Sequence record: DRR378314_1381
DNA length: 47,829 nucleotides
Direction: 5' to 3' (one strand)
The notes below the pieces were generated by a model. It did no database searches and was not told the DNA's origin. It saw nothing but the letters and a program-made list of their open reading frames with translations. This document shows positions 1 to 9,338 of this stretch, piece by piece. The translations under genes were made by a program, and so were the position numbers. The stretch's first letter is position 1. Every line of letters begins with the position of its first letter.

Positions 1-206
1 TATGATTTCAGCTGGATGTGGGACGAGCTGGACCTGTCAGACCACCGAAAATGACAGATAGCCTGGACAATCGAGCCATTCTACGGAAGCAGCTTGCTAG
101 GCAGCTTCCCTGAAGATACGCATCGAGCCATTCAAGTTTTACTCAGAACCAGGCAATCGAACTTTTCAGAAATGTAACTATGATCCTGGTCGTTGACGTG
201 CCTGCC

Positions 207-524
207 CTATTGCCCGCCCGCAATATTAACTTTGCCCACAATCTTCGCACCGCTTTCGGTTTCCATAGTGCGGGCCTCTACATCAGCCTGAACATGTGAG
301 GTCGATGCAATCTTCAGATCGTCACATTTCAGACGACCTTGATGCTTGCCTTCCATAACGATCTTTTTTGCCGACAGTGCACCGTCAACCGACCCGCCAA
401 CCTGAACAGTGATTGTATCAGCGCTGATGTCACCAACCACACGGCCTTTGACTTCAACGCCGCCCGCACTTGAAACGACATTGCCTTCGATTGTCAGGTT
501 TTCTTCTACTATTGAGTTGGTCAC
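207..524 (-). CDS. Bactofilin / polymer-forming cytoskeletal protein (CcmA family)
   Basis: 105 aa with beta-helical pattern SIVEENLTIEGNV..VEVKGRVVGDISADTITV..GSVDGAL..IVMEGKHQG..VQADVEARTMETESGAKIVG; GTG start after GAGG. Confidence 0.85.
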   Translation of the reverse strand: MTNSIVEENLTIEGNVVSSAGGVEVKGRVVGDISADTITVQVGGSVDGALSAKKIVMEGKHQGRLKCDDLKIASTSHVQADVEARTMETESGAKIVGKVNIAGGQ

Positions 525-678
525 ATTGAGATCCTCTGACTGAGATAGCGGCGACCCTAAGACGGAAGCTGGGATTTGGCCACCTGCGTCTAAGGTGACC
601 TAATCCCGGGGCGAAGATTCGCCTTTAGCCACAGGCAATACTACAGGACTGCTGTATTTGCATTTCCGGATGCTCTCT

Positions 679-2544
679 CTACTTGGCAAAGGCGCGCGCC
701 AGAACCGAGCCCATACGCTGTGCGAATGCGGATGGGTCGATGGGGGCTTCACCTTCGACGATGCGGGCTTGATCCAGCAATAGATGGGCGGCGTCTTTCA
801 GCAGGTCGTCATCGTTCACATTCTCTTGCGTGGCACGGTCTGCCAGTTTGGTAACAATCGCATGGCTGGGGTTCAGCTCAAGAACGCGCGGGGCGCCGTG
901 CTGCAACTGCCCGTGGCGTTTTAACAGGCGCTCCAGATTGACATCCATGTCCCCGTCATCGGCTATGAGGCAAACTGGGCTGTCGGTCAGACGCTTCGAA
1001 GGGCGCACGTCTTTGACCGCTTCGCCCAGTTCGGCCTTAAACGCAGCGATCAGCGCAGAGAGATCAGCTTCTTCTGGTTTTTCTTCTTCCGATTGGGCTT
1101 CATCTGCCTTGATCTCGTCGAGATCTGCTGTCCCGCGGGTGATGGACCTGAATGGCTTGCCGTCGAATTCCGTGATGTGCTGCAACCAGAACTCATCCAC
1201 ATGGTCGGACAGGAGCAGCACCTCGACCCCTTTGGCTTTGAAGCCCTCCAGATGTGGAGACTGGGCCAGTTTGGCCGGATCTTCGCCAGCGATGTAGAAG
1301 ATCGCCTCTTGTCCCTCTTTCATGCGGGCCACGTAATCGGCAAGGCTTGTCAAGTCGCCGACAGCGGTGGATGCGAAGCGGCAAATCTCGAGGATCCGAT
1401 CGCGGAGCGCGGCATCTTCGACCAGGCCTTCCTTCAGCACTGCACCGAAATTGCCCCAGAATGTTGCGTAGTCATCAGGTGCTTTGGTGGCTTTTTTCTT
1501 GAGCTCACTCAATACCTTCTTCGTGATCGATGTCTTGATCTTGGCGAGCTGCGGATCGGTCTGCAACATCTCTCGCGAAACGTTCAGAGACAGATCCTGG
1601 CTGTCTACAACCCCGCGCAGAAAGCGTAGATACGCTGGTATCAGATCCTTCGTAGTCTCCGAAATGAAGACCCGGTTGACGTAGAGCTTCACATGGTTCT
1701 TGCGCTCGGGCTCAAAGAGATCGAAGGGCTGGGTGCTGGGCACAAAAAGCAGGCTCGTGTGATTGAGTGTGCCTTCGACCTTATTATGCATCACGTTCCA
1801 CGGCGCATCAAAGGCGTGGGAGCAATGGCGGTAGAACTCGGTGTATTGCTCCTCCGAGATGTCCTTCGCAGGGCGGGTCCAAAGCGCTTCGGCTGAATTG
1901 AGCGTGTCTTCTCCAAGTTTGACCGGGAAGTTGATATGCTCGGAGTAGGTCTTGATGATGTGCCGAATACGGGCCTCTTCGGCAAACTCTTTGGCGTCTT
2001 TCTTGAGGTGCAACGTCACCGTAGTTCCGTTGGTCACGCGCTCGGTCGGCTCGATGGAGAACTCGCCCTTGCCGTCAGAAGACCAAAGCCAGGCCTCGCT
2101 CTCGCCTGCCTTGCGGGTCACGACATCAACCCGAGACGCCACCATGAATGCTGAATAAAAACCCACACCAAACTGGCCAATCAGGCCTGGCTTGTCTTTG
2201 TCGTCAGCCTTGAGCGCTTCAATGAAAGCACTGGTGCCGGATTTGGCTATGGTGCCAAGGGTTTCAAGCAGATCAGCGTGGTTCATGCCGATACCATTGT
2301 CCGAAATCGACAACGTTTTGGTCTTGGTATCAATCTCAAGCGTGATCGCAAAATCCTCGGAGGGTGCAAGCGACGCGTCGGTCAGGGCTGCGTAGCGCAG
2401 CTTGTCACAGGCGTCGGATGCATTGGAGACGAGCTCGCGCAAAAACACCTCGCGGTTGGAATAGAGCGAACCTGCGACGATTTCCAAAAGCTGGCCCACT
2501 TCGGTCTGGAAGGAAAACGTTTCTTTCTCAAGAGTCTCTGTCAT
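679..2544 (-). CDS. htpG: Molecular chaperone HtpG (Hsp90)
   Basis: Signatures FQTEV, LYSNREVFLRELVSNASDA, DNGIGM, LGTIAKSGT, IGQFGVGFYSAF, LNVSREMLQ; AGGAG RBS. Confidence 0.97.
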   Translation of the reverse strand: MTETLEKETFSFQTEVGQLLEIVAGSLYSNREVFLRELVSNASDACDKLRYAALTDASLAPSEDFAITLEIDTKTKTLSISDNGIGMNHADLLETLGTIAKSGTSAFIEALKADDKDKPGLIGQFGVGFYSAFMVASRVDVVTRKAGESEAWLWSSDGKGEFSIEPTERVTNGTTVTLHLKKDAKEFAEEARIRHIIKTYSEHINFPVKLGEDTLNSAEALWTRPAKDISEEQYTEFYRHCSHAFDAPWNVMHNKVEGTLNHTSLLFVPSTQPFDLFEPERKNHVKLYVNRVFISETTKDLIPAYLRFLRGVVDSQDLSLNVSREMLQTDPQLAKIKTSITKKVLSELKKKATKAPDDYATFWGNFGAVLKEGLVEDAALRDRILEICRFASTAVGDLTSLADYVARMKEGQEAIFYIAGEDPAKLAQSPHLEGFKAKGVEVLLLSDHVDEFWLQHITEFDGKPFRSITRGTADLDEIKADEAQSEEEKPEEADLSALIAAFKAELGEAVKDVRPSKRLTDSPVCLIADDGDMDVNLERLLKRHGQLQHGAPRVLELNPSHAIVTKLADRATQENVNDDDLLKDAAHLLLDQARIVEGEAPIDPSAFAQRMGSVLARAFAK

Positions 2545-2604
2545 GGCTCGTAACTCCTATTAGCAATCGCGGCGCAAACTAATGATCTATCATGCCGGTT
2601 TCAA

Positions 2605-3483
2605 CTAGCCCCAAGGGCCACCTCTCGAAGGTTGGGCGCTGCTTTTCAACCCTTTGGCACTACCAAGTGCCCGCAGTTTGGCGATGCGCTTTTCAATTGG
2701 CGGGTGTGTGGCAAAAAGGCTATCCACCGCCTGCATGTGAAGCGGGTTGACGATGAACATATGCGCCGTGGCCGGGTTACATTCGGCAGCAATATTGTCG
2801 ATCCGACCAGAGAGCTGGCCCAATCGGGCGAGCGCTGACGCCAACCATTCGGGATTGCCGCAGATCGCGGCCCCCTCGGCATCTGCCTCATACTCACGCA
2901 CCCGGCTGATCGCCATCTGCACCATACCCGCAGCCAGGGGCGCAAGGATCATCATCGCGATAGTACCGACAATACCCAAAGGCCTGTCGCGCCCGCCGCC
3001 AAAGAAGATCGCGAAATTCGCCAGCATCGAGACCGCTCCGGCCAGGGTTGCGGTGATGGTCATCGTAAGCGTGTCGCGGTTTTTGACATGTGCCAGCTCA
3101 TGAGCAACAACAGCAGCCACCTCTTCACGGCTCATGTTGCTCAACAGGCCGCGCGTGACTGCGACTGCGGCATTCTCCGGATTGCGTCCGGTGGCGAAGG
3201 CGTTGGGCTGCTCGGTCTCCATGATGTAGATCGCGGGCATGGGCATACCGGCCCCTCGGGCCATCATTTCGGTCATTTTCCACAGCTCCGGTGCCGAGCG
3301 CGCATCAACGGGCCGCGCTCCATGCATACGCAGGACGGCTTTGTCCGAATTCCAGTAGGAGAAGAAGTTCATCGCAAATGCGAGGCCGAGCGCGATGACA
3401 AGGCCCACCTCACCGCCCAGCATGAGCCCGATGACACCCACAAAAGCTGTCATCACGGCCATGAGAACAAACGTACGCACCAT
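2605..3483 (-). CDS. htpX: Zinc metalloprotease HtpX (M48)
   Basis: [39 protein letters not shown] motifs. Start moved to ATG 3483 (GGAGG RBS); the long 5' extension of the ORF call overlaps the VOC gene and is spurious. Confidence 0.95.
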   Translation of the reverse strand: MVRTFVLMAVMTAFVGVIGLMLGGEVGLVIALGLAFAMNFFSYWNSDKAVLRMHGARPVDARSAPELWKMTEMMARGAGMPMPAIYIMETEQPNAFATGRNPENAAVAVTRGLLSNMSREEVAAVVAHELAHVKNRDTLTMTITATLAGAVSMLANFAIFFGGGRDRPLGIVGTIAMMILAPLAAGMVQMAISRVREYEADAEGAAICGNPEWLASALARLGQLSGRIDNIAAECNPATAHMFIVNPLHMQAVDSLFATHPPIEKRIAKLRALGSAKGLKSSAQPSRGGPWG

Positions 3484-3514
3484 CAGACTTGGCCTCCAAA
3501 ACCCATCGCCGCGC

Positions 3515-3543
3515 ATATAGGATCTGCCTTTTGCGAGAACAAT
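3515..3543 (-). promoter_or_regulatory. Putative RpoH (sigma-32) promoter of htpX-htpG
   Basis: Minus strand ATTGTT-N16-CCTATAT, close to the alphaproteobacterial RpoH consensus CTTGAA-N15/16-CCTATAT, ~30 nt upstream of htpX ATG. Confidence 0.6.
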
Positions 3544-3675
3544 GACCTGGCACGGGAAGTAGCTGGATTGCGGGCAAAGCTGCAATTCGGAGAAACCAAT
3601 TTGACTTCTCCTATCCCAAGCTGCGACCTTTGATGTTAGAACCGCAGAAGAAAAACATTGAACAGATGACTGACA

Positions 3676-4101
3676 ATGAAGCTGGAATTTCATCACATTA
3701 ACTTTGTGGCCGACGATGTCGATCGCATGCACGACTTTTACACAAGCGTGCTTGGTCTTGCTGACATCCCACAACAAAATTTCCTTCGCACTAAAGCAAA
3801 CGAAGATATGGGCTATGACGGCAAAATCAGATTTGCGACCGAAGGTAGCATACAGATGCATCTTGCAGAACGGGACTTCGGTGTCGCGTTCAAAAACATG
3901 CATGCAATTAATCCGGTTGAACGAGGGCATATTGCCTTTCGTACCGATGACCTTGATGCCTTTCTCAGAAAGCTCGATGAACACGGCATTCCATACTCAG
4001 ACTATGGAACGGCTTTCTCGAAAGAGTGGCACCAAGTGTTCTTTCACGACCCAGAAGGCAACGTGATTGAAGTTCATCAAAAAGTCTCCACCATGGGATA
4101 G
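3676..4101 (+). CDS. VOC family (glyoxalase/bleomycin resistance) protein
   Basis: [49 protein letters not shown]. Confidence 0.9.
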   Translation: MKLEFHHINFVADDVDRMHDFYTSVLGLADIPQQNFLRTKANEDMGYDGKIRFATEGSIQMHLAERDFGVAFKNMHAINPVERGHIAFRTDDLDAFLRKLDEHGIPYSDYGTAFSKEWHQVFFHDPEGNVIEVHQKVSTMG

Positions 4102-4145
4102 GCAAATCGCTTGCGAAGCGAAGTTCCACTCGAGCATTTGTGGGC

Positions 4146-4159
4146 CCAAAGCGGACATT
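4146..4159 (+). repeat. Module-boundary repeat core CCAAAGCGGACATT (copy 1)
   Basis: Identical 14-mer at 13907-13920; lies between the convergent VOC and LysR genes. Confidence 0.6.
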
Positions 4160-4226
4160 TCCAACTGAGCTTTACAGTCCCTGACGGGCAAAAATGCGAG
4201 TGCTCTTAAATCTTTGTTTGATGAGA

Positions 4227-5072
4227 TCACTTAGCTAGCGCTTTGGATATGCGCTCAACTAAAGCCTTCTGAACAACGGCAAACCTTGGGGTTTGCGCAA
4301 TTTCCTCTAACGTCGCGACCCAAAGCGGAACTTCAATCTCAGGACATACGTCCTGCGACCTTTTAAGGCGGGTATCCGCGTCGCCAAAAAATGACGGCAG
4401 AAAGGTTTTACCCGCTCCCGAGGCAGCCAGCTGCTGTAGCACCAGAAAACTGTCTGCTCCGTTGGTCATTTCGTCGGCGCTCACATTCGCTTTCAGCCAT
4501 TTGGCAGGAAGTGAACGGCTTAACGCCCCATCAAGCCTCATCCAATTGCGATTTGGGAATCCGTCGTCGAAGACGCCGAAGGACAGCGTTCCTGCACGTT
4601 GCCCGACTAGCCCTTCCCCAAGCTTTATCGATGGGCGCACAGCAATGTCTGCTGTCAGTCTGGAAAGATCATGGTGGCTATTTTGGCTCAGCAGAGTCAA
4701 ATTCAAGCCTGGGTAAAGAAGTGAGATTTCGTTCAAGATGCGAGGTAGAACAATCTGACAAAGACTATCGGTCGATGTAATGCGCACCTGCCCCATAGGA
4801 GACCGATTTGCTCCGACAACTGCCCGCTCAACCGACAGCACCGCGTCTTCGACGCTTGCCATAGCCGAAAGGATCGCACTAGCTTCGGGGAGGACGGAAT
4901 ATCCTGACGGGTTTTTCTGAAAAATCCGGCAACCATTGCGCTCTTCGAATGCGGCCACTCTGCGCAAGACTGTGGCATGCGTAACGCCCAGGGCCGCCGC
5001 CGCCGCGTTCAACGAACCGTATTTGTTTACTGCTAACGCGTACCGAATATCATCCCAGTTTTCATTGTTCAT
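4227..5072 (-). CDS. LysR family transcriptional regulator
   Basis: NWDDIRYALAVNKYGSLNAAAAALGVTHATVLRRVAAFEE HTH plus substrate-binding domain; divergent from the cytochrome genes. Confidence 0.93.
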   Translation of the reverse strand: MNNENWDDIRYALAVNKYGSLNAAAAALGVTHATVLRRVAAFEERNGCRIFQKNPSGYSVLPEASAILSAMASVEDAVLSVERAVVGANRSPMGQVRITSTDSLCQIVLPRILNEISLLYPGLNLTLLSQNSHHDLSRLTADIAVRPSIKLGEGLVGQRAGTLSFGVFDDGFPNRNWMRLDGALSRSLPAKWLKANVSADEMTNGADSFLVLQQLAASGAGKTFLPSFFGDADTRLKRSQDVCPEIEVPLWVATLEEIAQTPRFAVVQKALVERISKALAK

Positions 5073-5158
5073 AAATTAACAGGTGACGACCAATAACAAA
5101 CAATTACAAGTAAATTCGTTCAAGGTAACATTCGGAGTATTGAACAGGGAGACACACC

Positions 5159-5626
5159 ATGATGCAGAAATTTTCGATCTTTGCGGCCGGTATATTATCG
5201 GTGGCTGCAATTGGCACAGCCATCGCCCACGAAAGCGAAAACCCGGCTGTGAAAGCTCGAACCTCAATCATGCAACTCTATGCCTTCAATCTTGGTACAC
5301 TTGGCGGCATGGCTAAGGGCGAGGTCGATTATGATGCCGAGGCCGCAACACGGGCTGCAAACAACCTTGTTGTACTAACGCAGATCGACCAATCCGCGAT
5401 GTGGCCCGCGGGATCCGACAATGTATCCGATCCGTCCACCCGAGCGCTGCCTGCGATCTGGGAAAACTTCCCTGACGTTGGTGCGAAAGGGCAAGCCATG
5501 GCAGACGCAGCTGTTGTGATGCAGGCTGCGGCCGGACAAGATGTTGATGCCCTGAAAGCTGCGATGGGCGATCTGGGTGGAAGCTGTTCGGCATGTCACA
5601 AAGCGTACAGAGCACCGAAAGACTAA
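5159..5626 (+). CDS. Class II cytochrome c (cytochrome c'/c556), periplasmic
   Basis: Signal peptide, helical composition, TRALPAIWEN, single C-terminal CSACH. Confidence 0.92.
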   Translation: MMQKFSIFAAGILSVAAIGTAIAHESENPAVKARTSIMQLYAFNLGTLGGMAKGEVDYDAEAATRAANNLVVLTQIDQSAMWPAGSDNVSDPSTRALPAIWENFPDVGAKGQAMADAAVVMQAAAGQDVDALKAAMGDLGGSCSACHKAYRAPKD

Positions 5627-5639
5627 TTGGTAGATAGTT

Positions 5640-6548
5640 GTGAAGCGGTTTTTCCTTTTCACCGCTTTCGTTGCACTTTTAGTTGGGTTGGCCGGTTTGG
5701 TGCTGACCCGACCACAAAGAATGGATCAGTCTCAACTCGACGATCTGAACCCAGATCTCGCCAGAGGTGAAATCGTGTTCCACGCCGCAGGATGCGCATC
5801 CTGTCATTCAGCGCCGGATGCGGTTGGTGAGGAAAAGTTCATGCTCTCCGGTGGTCGCCGGTTCGAGACGGAATTCGGCACGTTCATTGCCCCCAACATT
5901 TCCAGTCACCCAGAAGTTGGTATTGGGTCCTGGTCTGCCCTTGATCTGGCCAATGCCCTGATCCACGGCACCGGACCCGAAGGGCAACACTATTTTCCTG
6001 CGTTTCCTTATACGTCTTATGCCAACATGTCAGTCGAAGACGTTGTTTCGCTTCACGCATTCCTCGGCACGCTACCAGCGGTCGCAACCGAAAGCGAGGT
6101 ACATGAGGTTCGCTTTCCCTTCAACATTCGACGCGGAATGGGGGGATGGAAGCTTTTGTTCATGTCGCCAGGCTGGGTAGTCGAAGGTGATCTGACCAAC
6201 CAACAATGGCAAGGCCGGTATCTGGTGGAGGCGTTGGGTCACTGCGCCGAATGCCATACGCCGCGAAATGGCTTAGGTGGTCTGAAACGAGACCTTTGGC
6301 TGACAGGTGCACCAAATCCAAACGGGAAAGGTCGCATCCCCGGCCTTACCTCAGACCAGCTTGATTGGTCCGAAGCTGACATCGCCGAGTACCTGAAATC
6401 TGGTTTCACGCCGGATTATGACAGCGCAGGTGGTGAGATGGTGGACGTCATCGAGAACACATCACGCCTCACGGATGAGGACCGTTTGGCGATTGCCGCC
6501 TATCTCAAAGCTGTTCCTGTTTCATCGACGGGGCTTTCATCCGAATAA
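5640..6548 (+). CDS. Membrane-anchored diheme cytochrome c
   Basis: N-terminal TM, CASCH and CAECH heme motifs, APNISS..GIGSWS, YFPAFPYTSY. Confidence 0.92.
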   Translation: MKRFFLFTAFVALLVGLAGLVLTRPQRMDQSQLDDLNPDLARGEIVFHAAGCASCHSAPDAVGEEKFMLSGGRRFETEFGTFIAPNISSHPEVGIGSWSALDLANALIHGTGPEGQHYFPAFPYTSYANMSVEDVVSLHAFLGTLPAVATESEVHEVRFPFNIRRGMGGWKLLFMSPGWVVEGDLTNQQWQGRYLVEALGHCAECHTPRNGLGGLKRDLWLTGAPNPNGKGRIPGLTSDQLDWSEADIAEYLKSGFTPDYDSAGGEMVDVIENTSRLTDEDRLAIAAYLKAVPVSSTGLSSE

Positions 6549-6713
6549 CAGTCGTTTGGCGCGATGCAGCGGGGACCAGATGCCGTCGCCGGTTGCCGGT
6601 AGGAAGCGGCAGGGCCTGTTCCCTTTCTACCAAACACCTGTTTTACGTTTTGAACACCGGAACTCAGCAGTCGCACGAGTTTCTGTTCATGATTGACTGA
6701 GGGTCGTGACCGA

Positions 6714-7595
6714 ATGACACAAAAATTTGCTCTTTGGTCCATTCCGATTTCCATTGCGGTACTGGCCCTGAAACTGCTGGCCTGGTGGCTGACAGGCTCG
6801 GTGGCGTTGTTGTCAGACGCAATGGAATCAACCGTGAACGTCGTTGCGGCGCTGCTGGCGTATTTTGCGGTTCGGGTTGCAAACAAGCCACCTGATGAAA
6901 ACCACCCCTTTGGTCACAAAAAAGCCGAGTATCTTTCCGCTGTCGCCGAGGGCGTACTGATTGTGCTGGCGGCGTTCTTGATCATCAGAGAAGCTGTGCT
7001 GGCGCTCCCGAACCCGCATCTTGAGGATGCGCCACTTCTTGGAATCGTCGTCAATGTCATTGCAACGGGAGTGAATGGCGCATGGGCCTACCTATTGCTC
7101 AAAATCGGCAGGCGCGAGGGTTCGCCCGCATTGGAGGCAAGCGCCCGGCACATTTTCACAGATGTCATGACTTCAGTTGGTGTCATCGCAGGTCTGATAC
7201 TTGCACTTGTCACCGGCTGGCTGATCCTCGACCCGATCCTGGCAATTCTTGTTGCGCTGAACATCTTGTGGGAGGGCTGGAAAGTTATTCGCGCGTCTGT
7301 CGATGGCCTCATGGATGTGACCCTTTCGGATCATGACTTGCAGACCGTTTCTAATGCTATCGAAGCAAATCTCGGCGCAGCCTTAGAATACCACGATCTC
7401 AAAGGGCGCAGATCCGCAAATGTCATCTTTGTCGAGTTTCACCTTGTTGTGGACGGCACAATGCCAGTCAGCGCAGCGCACGATATATGCAATGACATCG
7501 AAGAAGAACTGGAGCTCTTGTATCCTGGATCTGTCTTTGTCATTCACCTCGAACCTGACGACGAGTTGAAGGGCGATGGGGTTAGCTCCCTCTAA
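6714..7595 (+). CDS. Cation diffusion facilitator (FieF/EmfA-like) transporter
   Basis: TGSVALLSDAMES, PPDENHPFGHKKAEYL, HIFTD, C-terminal dimerisation domain ending IHLEP. Confidence 0.93.
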   Translation: MTQKFALWSIPISIAVLALKLLAWWLTGSVALLSDAMESTVNVVAALLAYFAVRVANKPPDENHPFGHKKAEYLSAVAEGVLIVLAAFLIIREAVLALPNPHLEDAPLLGIVVNVIATGVNGAWAYLLLKIGRREGSPALEASARHIFTDVMTSVGVIAGLILALVTGWLILDPILAILVALNILWEGWKVIRASVDGLMDVTLSDHDLQTVSNAIEANLGAALEYHDLKGRRSANVIFVEFHLVVDGTMPVSAAHDICNDIEEELELLYPGSVFVIHLEPDDELKGDGVSSL

Positions 7596-7643
7596 ACAGG
7601 TCATATGGCTTTGCAAAAACTCTATCGGTTTGACTGATCTGTT

Positions 7644-7682
7644 TAAGACGTTCGGCTTGAAATTCGTCAGACCTAAGCCCGG
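7644..7682 (+). promoter_or_regulatory. Candidate NarL-type response regulator boxes upstream of the Asp-rich gene
   Basis: TAAGACG-TT-CGGCTTG (7644-7659) and TCAGACC-TA-AGCCCGG (7667-7682) resemble the 7-2-7 palindrome at 10777-10792. Confidence 0.4.
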
Positions 7683-7754
7683 TGTGGGAAAGCCGGACCA
7701 GAAGTAACCTGTCTTCAATGTCACGAAGCGTGATGATCAGAATTGGAGGCGAAA

Positions 7755-8615
7755 ATGAAAATTCAAAGAAAGCTGGGTCAGCTTCTTAGTACTGCGGCGC
7801 TGGCTTCGTTGATTGCGGCGACACCTTATGTGCCAGCGTTTGATGCCGATGGTCGCCTACATTTTGAACCGTCATATGCCTTTGCCAAGAACGGCAAGGG
7901 GAAAGACGGGGATGGTCGCGACGATGATCGGGATGATGATCGAGACGACGACAGAGATGATGACCGCGACGACAACTCGGGGTCGGGCAATAGCGGCCGC
8001 GGTGGTGACCGGGACGATGATCGTGATGACGATAGAGACGATGATCGCGACGACGACCAGGATGATGATCGTGACGACAATTCGGGATCAGGCAAAGGTG
8101 GTCGCGACGATGATGATAACGACGATGACGATGACGATGATGACTCTAAACGCTCCAATAGAGGCAGCGGAAAGAAGGATCGGTCTCAAGCAGGCGGCAA
8201 GCCGTCGGGTTCGGCTGGATTAACAAAGGTCGAAACAAACGCTAACGGCATTGAAGTGCGTTACGCCGACGGAACCAAGGAGGAGATTGAAAACGGACGG
8301 TATGAGAGAAAGAATGCTCAGAACCGAACTGTTGAGGAGCGCCCCGCGACCGGTGCGGACGTCTCAAGGCTTCGGTCATTGGCGAATGGTATCTCAATCG
8401 ACAACGTGCGTTCTTCTGGGCAAGGCGGCACTGCTGGAAGTCGACCCACGAAAATCGAACGCCAGGGCAACAATATCGAAGTGAACTATGCCAATGGTTG
8501 GAAAGAAGAGATCGAGTTTGGGCGCTACGAGTTGAAAGACCCATACAACCGGACTGTTGTTGAAAGAAACGCAACGGCCTCTGATCGCCGGAGGTTAAAG
8601 TCGGTTGCCAACTGA
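7755..8615 (+). CDS. Secreted hypothetical protein with Asp/Arg low-complexity tract and two 56-aa C-terminal repeats
   Basis: GGAGG RBS, ATG 7755, signal-like N-terminus, (RDDD)n tract, duplicated KxE..xIEVxYAxGxKEEIExGRYExK...RTVxER.AT..D..RL.S.AN domain. Confidence 0.8.
   Translation: MKIQRKLGQLLSTAALASLIAATPYVPAFDADGRLHFEPSYAFAKNGKGKDGDGRDDDRDDDRDDDRDDDRDDNSGSGNSGRGGDRDDDRDDDRDDDRDDDQDDDRDDNSGSGKGGRDDDDNDDDDDDDDSKRSNRGSGKKDRSQAGGKPSGSAGLTKVETNANGIEVRYADGTKEEIENGRYERKNAQNRTVEERPATGADVSRLRSLANGISIDNVRSSGQGGTAGSRPTKIERQGNNIEVNYANGWKEEIEFGRYELKDPYNRTVVERNATASDRRRLKSVAN
7915..8143 (+). repeat. Coding tandem repeats (12-bp RDDD units in two blocks ending RDDNSGSG, then poly-Asp)
   Basis: Degenerate GAYGAYGAYCGN units with synonymous variation. 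Confidence 0.85.
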
Positions 8616-8640
8616 ACCGCAACTCCAGTGGATGATCCGT

Positions 8641-8669
8641 TGGCGGCTTCTCTCTGTGGAGGGCCGCCA
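8641..8669. terminator. Hairpin between convergent genes
   Basis: TGGCGGC...GCCGCCA stem between stop codons at 8615 and 8685. Confidence 0.5.
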
Positions 8670-8684
8670 TCGTAGTCAAAGAGA

Positions 8685-9338
8685 CTATAGGTAGTCTCCC
8701 TTATTCCAAACATCATGGGCAATGAGTGCTGCCTCTACCCGATTTCGCGCATGAAGCTTTGACAGGATTGCCGTCATGTAGTGCTTCACGGTTTTTTCCT
8801 GAAGGTCTAGCTCGTCGGCTATTTCACGATTACTCAGTCCTTTGGCCACACGTCTCAGTATTTCCTCCTCACGATGCGTAAGGTCATCGAGCATACTGCT
8901 GTTAACAGACATGCCGGTGTCAGCGTTGATTTGAAGCAATACCCGCGAGGCCAAGCCCGGAGAAACGAACCCTTCACCTGCGGCGATGCTGCGTAAGGAA
9001 GCGGTTAGTTCGCTCGCGGTTACTCCCTTCACAATGTACCCAACTGCGCCCGCCTCCAAGGCGTCCGCGACATCGCTGCTGTTCTCTGAGACTGTCAAGA
9101 TTGCAATGAAGGGCGGATTTGCCATCGCTGCAATTTGACGTGTTGCGCTTATCCCGCCACCGGGCATCGAGAGGTCAAGAATGGCTATGTCCGGCTGATG
9201 CGTGCCGACTAGCGATACTGCCTCTTCAGCGCTGGACCCGGCAGCCAAAACTTCAAAACCATCAGCTTCATCCAGCGTGCGTTGCAAACCATCCCTGAAT
9301 ATCGGGTGATCATCAGCTATTACGACAGATGTAGTCAT
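8685..9338 (-). CDS. NarL/LuxR family response regulator
   Basis: VIADDHPIFRDG, LDLSMPG receiver, LTHREEEIL..GLSNREIA..TVKHYMTAILSKL HTH; ATGA overlap with kinase. Confidence 0.95.
   Translation of the reverse strand: MTTSVVIADDHPIFRDGLQRTLDEADGFEVLAAGSSAEEAVSLVGTHQPDIAILDLSMPGGGISATRQIAAMANPPFIAILTVSENSSDVADALEAGAVGYIVKGVTASELTASLRSIAAGEGFVSPGLASRVLLQINADTGMSVNSSMLDDLTHREEEILRRVAKGLSNREIADELDLQEKTVKHYMTAILSKLHARNRVEAALIAHDVWNKGDYL

Noticed and set aside
1-54. Possible 3' end of an upstream gene (YDFSWMWDELDLSDHRK*)
   Set aside because: Too short to assign or confirm.
3484-3984. 167-codon N-terminal extension of htpX in the ORF track
   Set aside because: Antisense to the VOC gene; the RBS and RpoH-like promoter point to ATG 3483.
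7915-8143. Possible CRISPR or contingency repeat
   Set aside because: In-frame 12-bp coding units with synonymous variation, no spacers and no cas genes.
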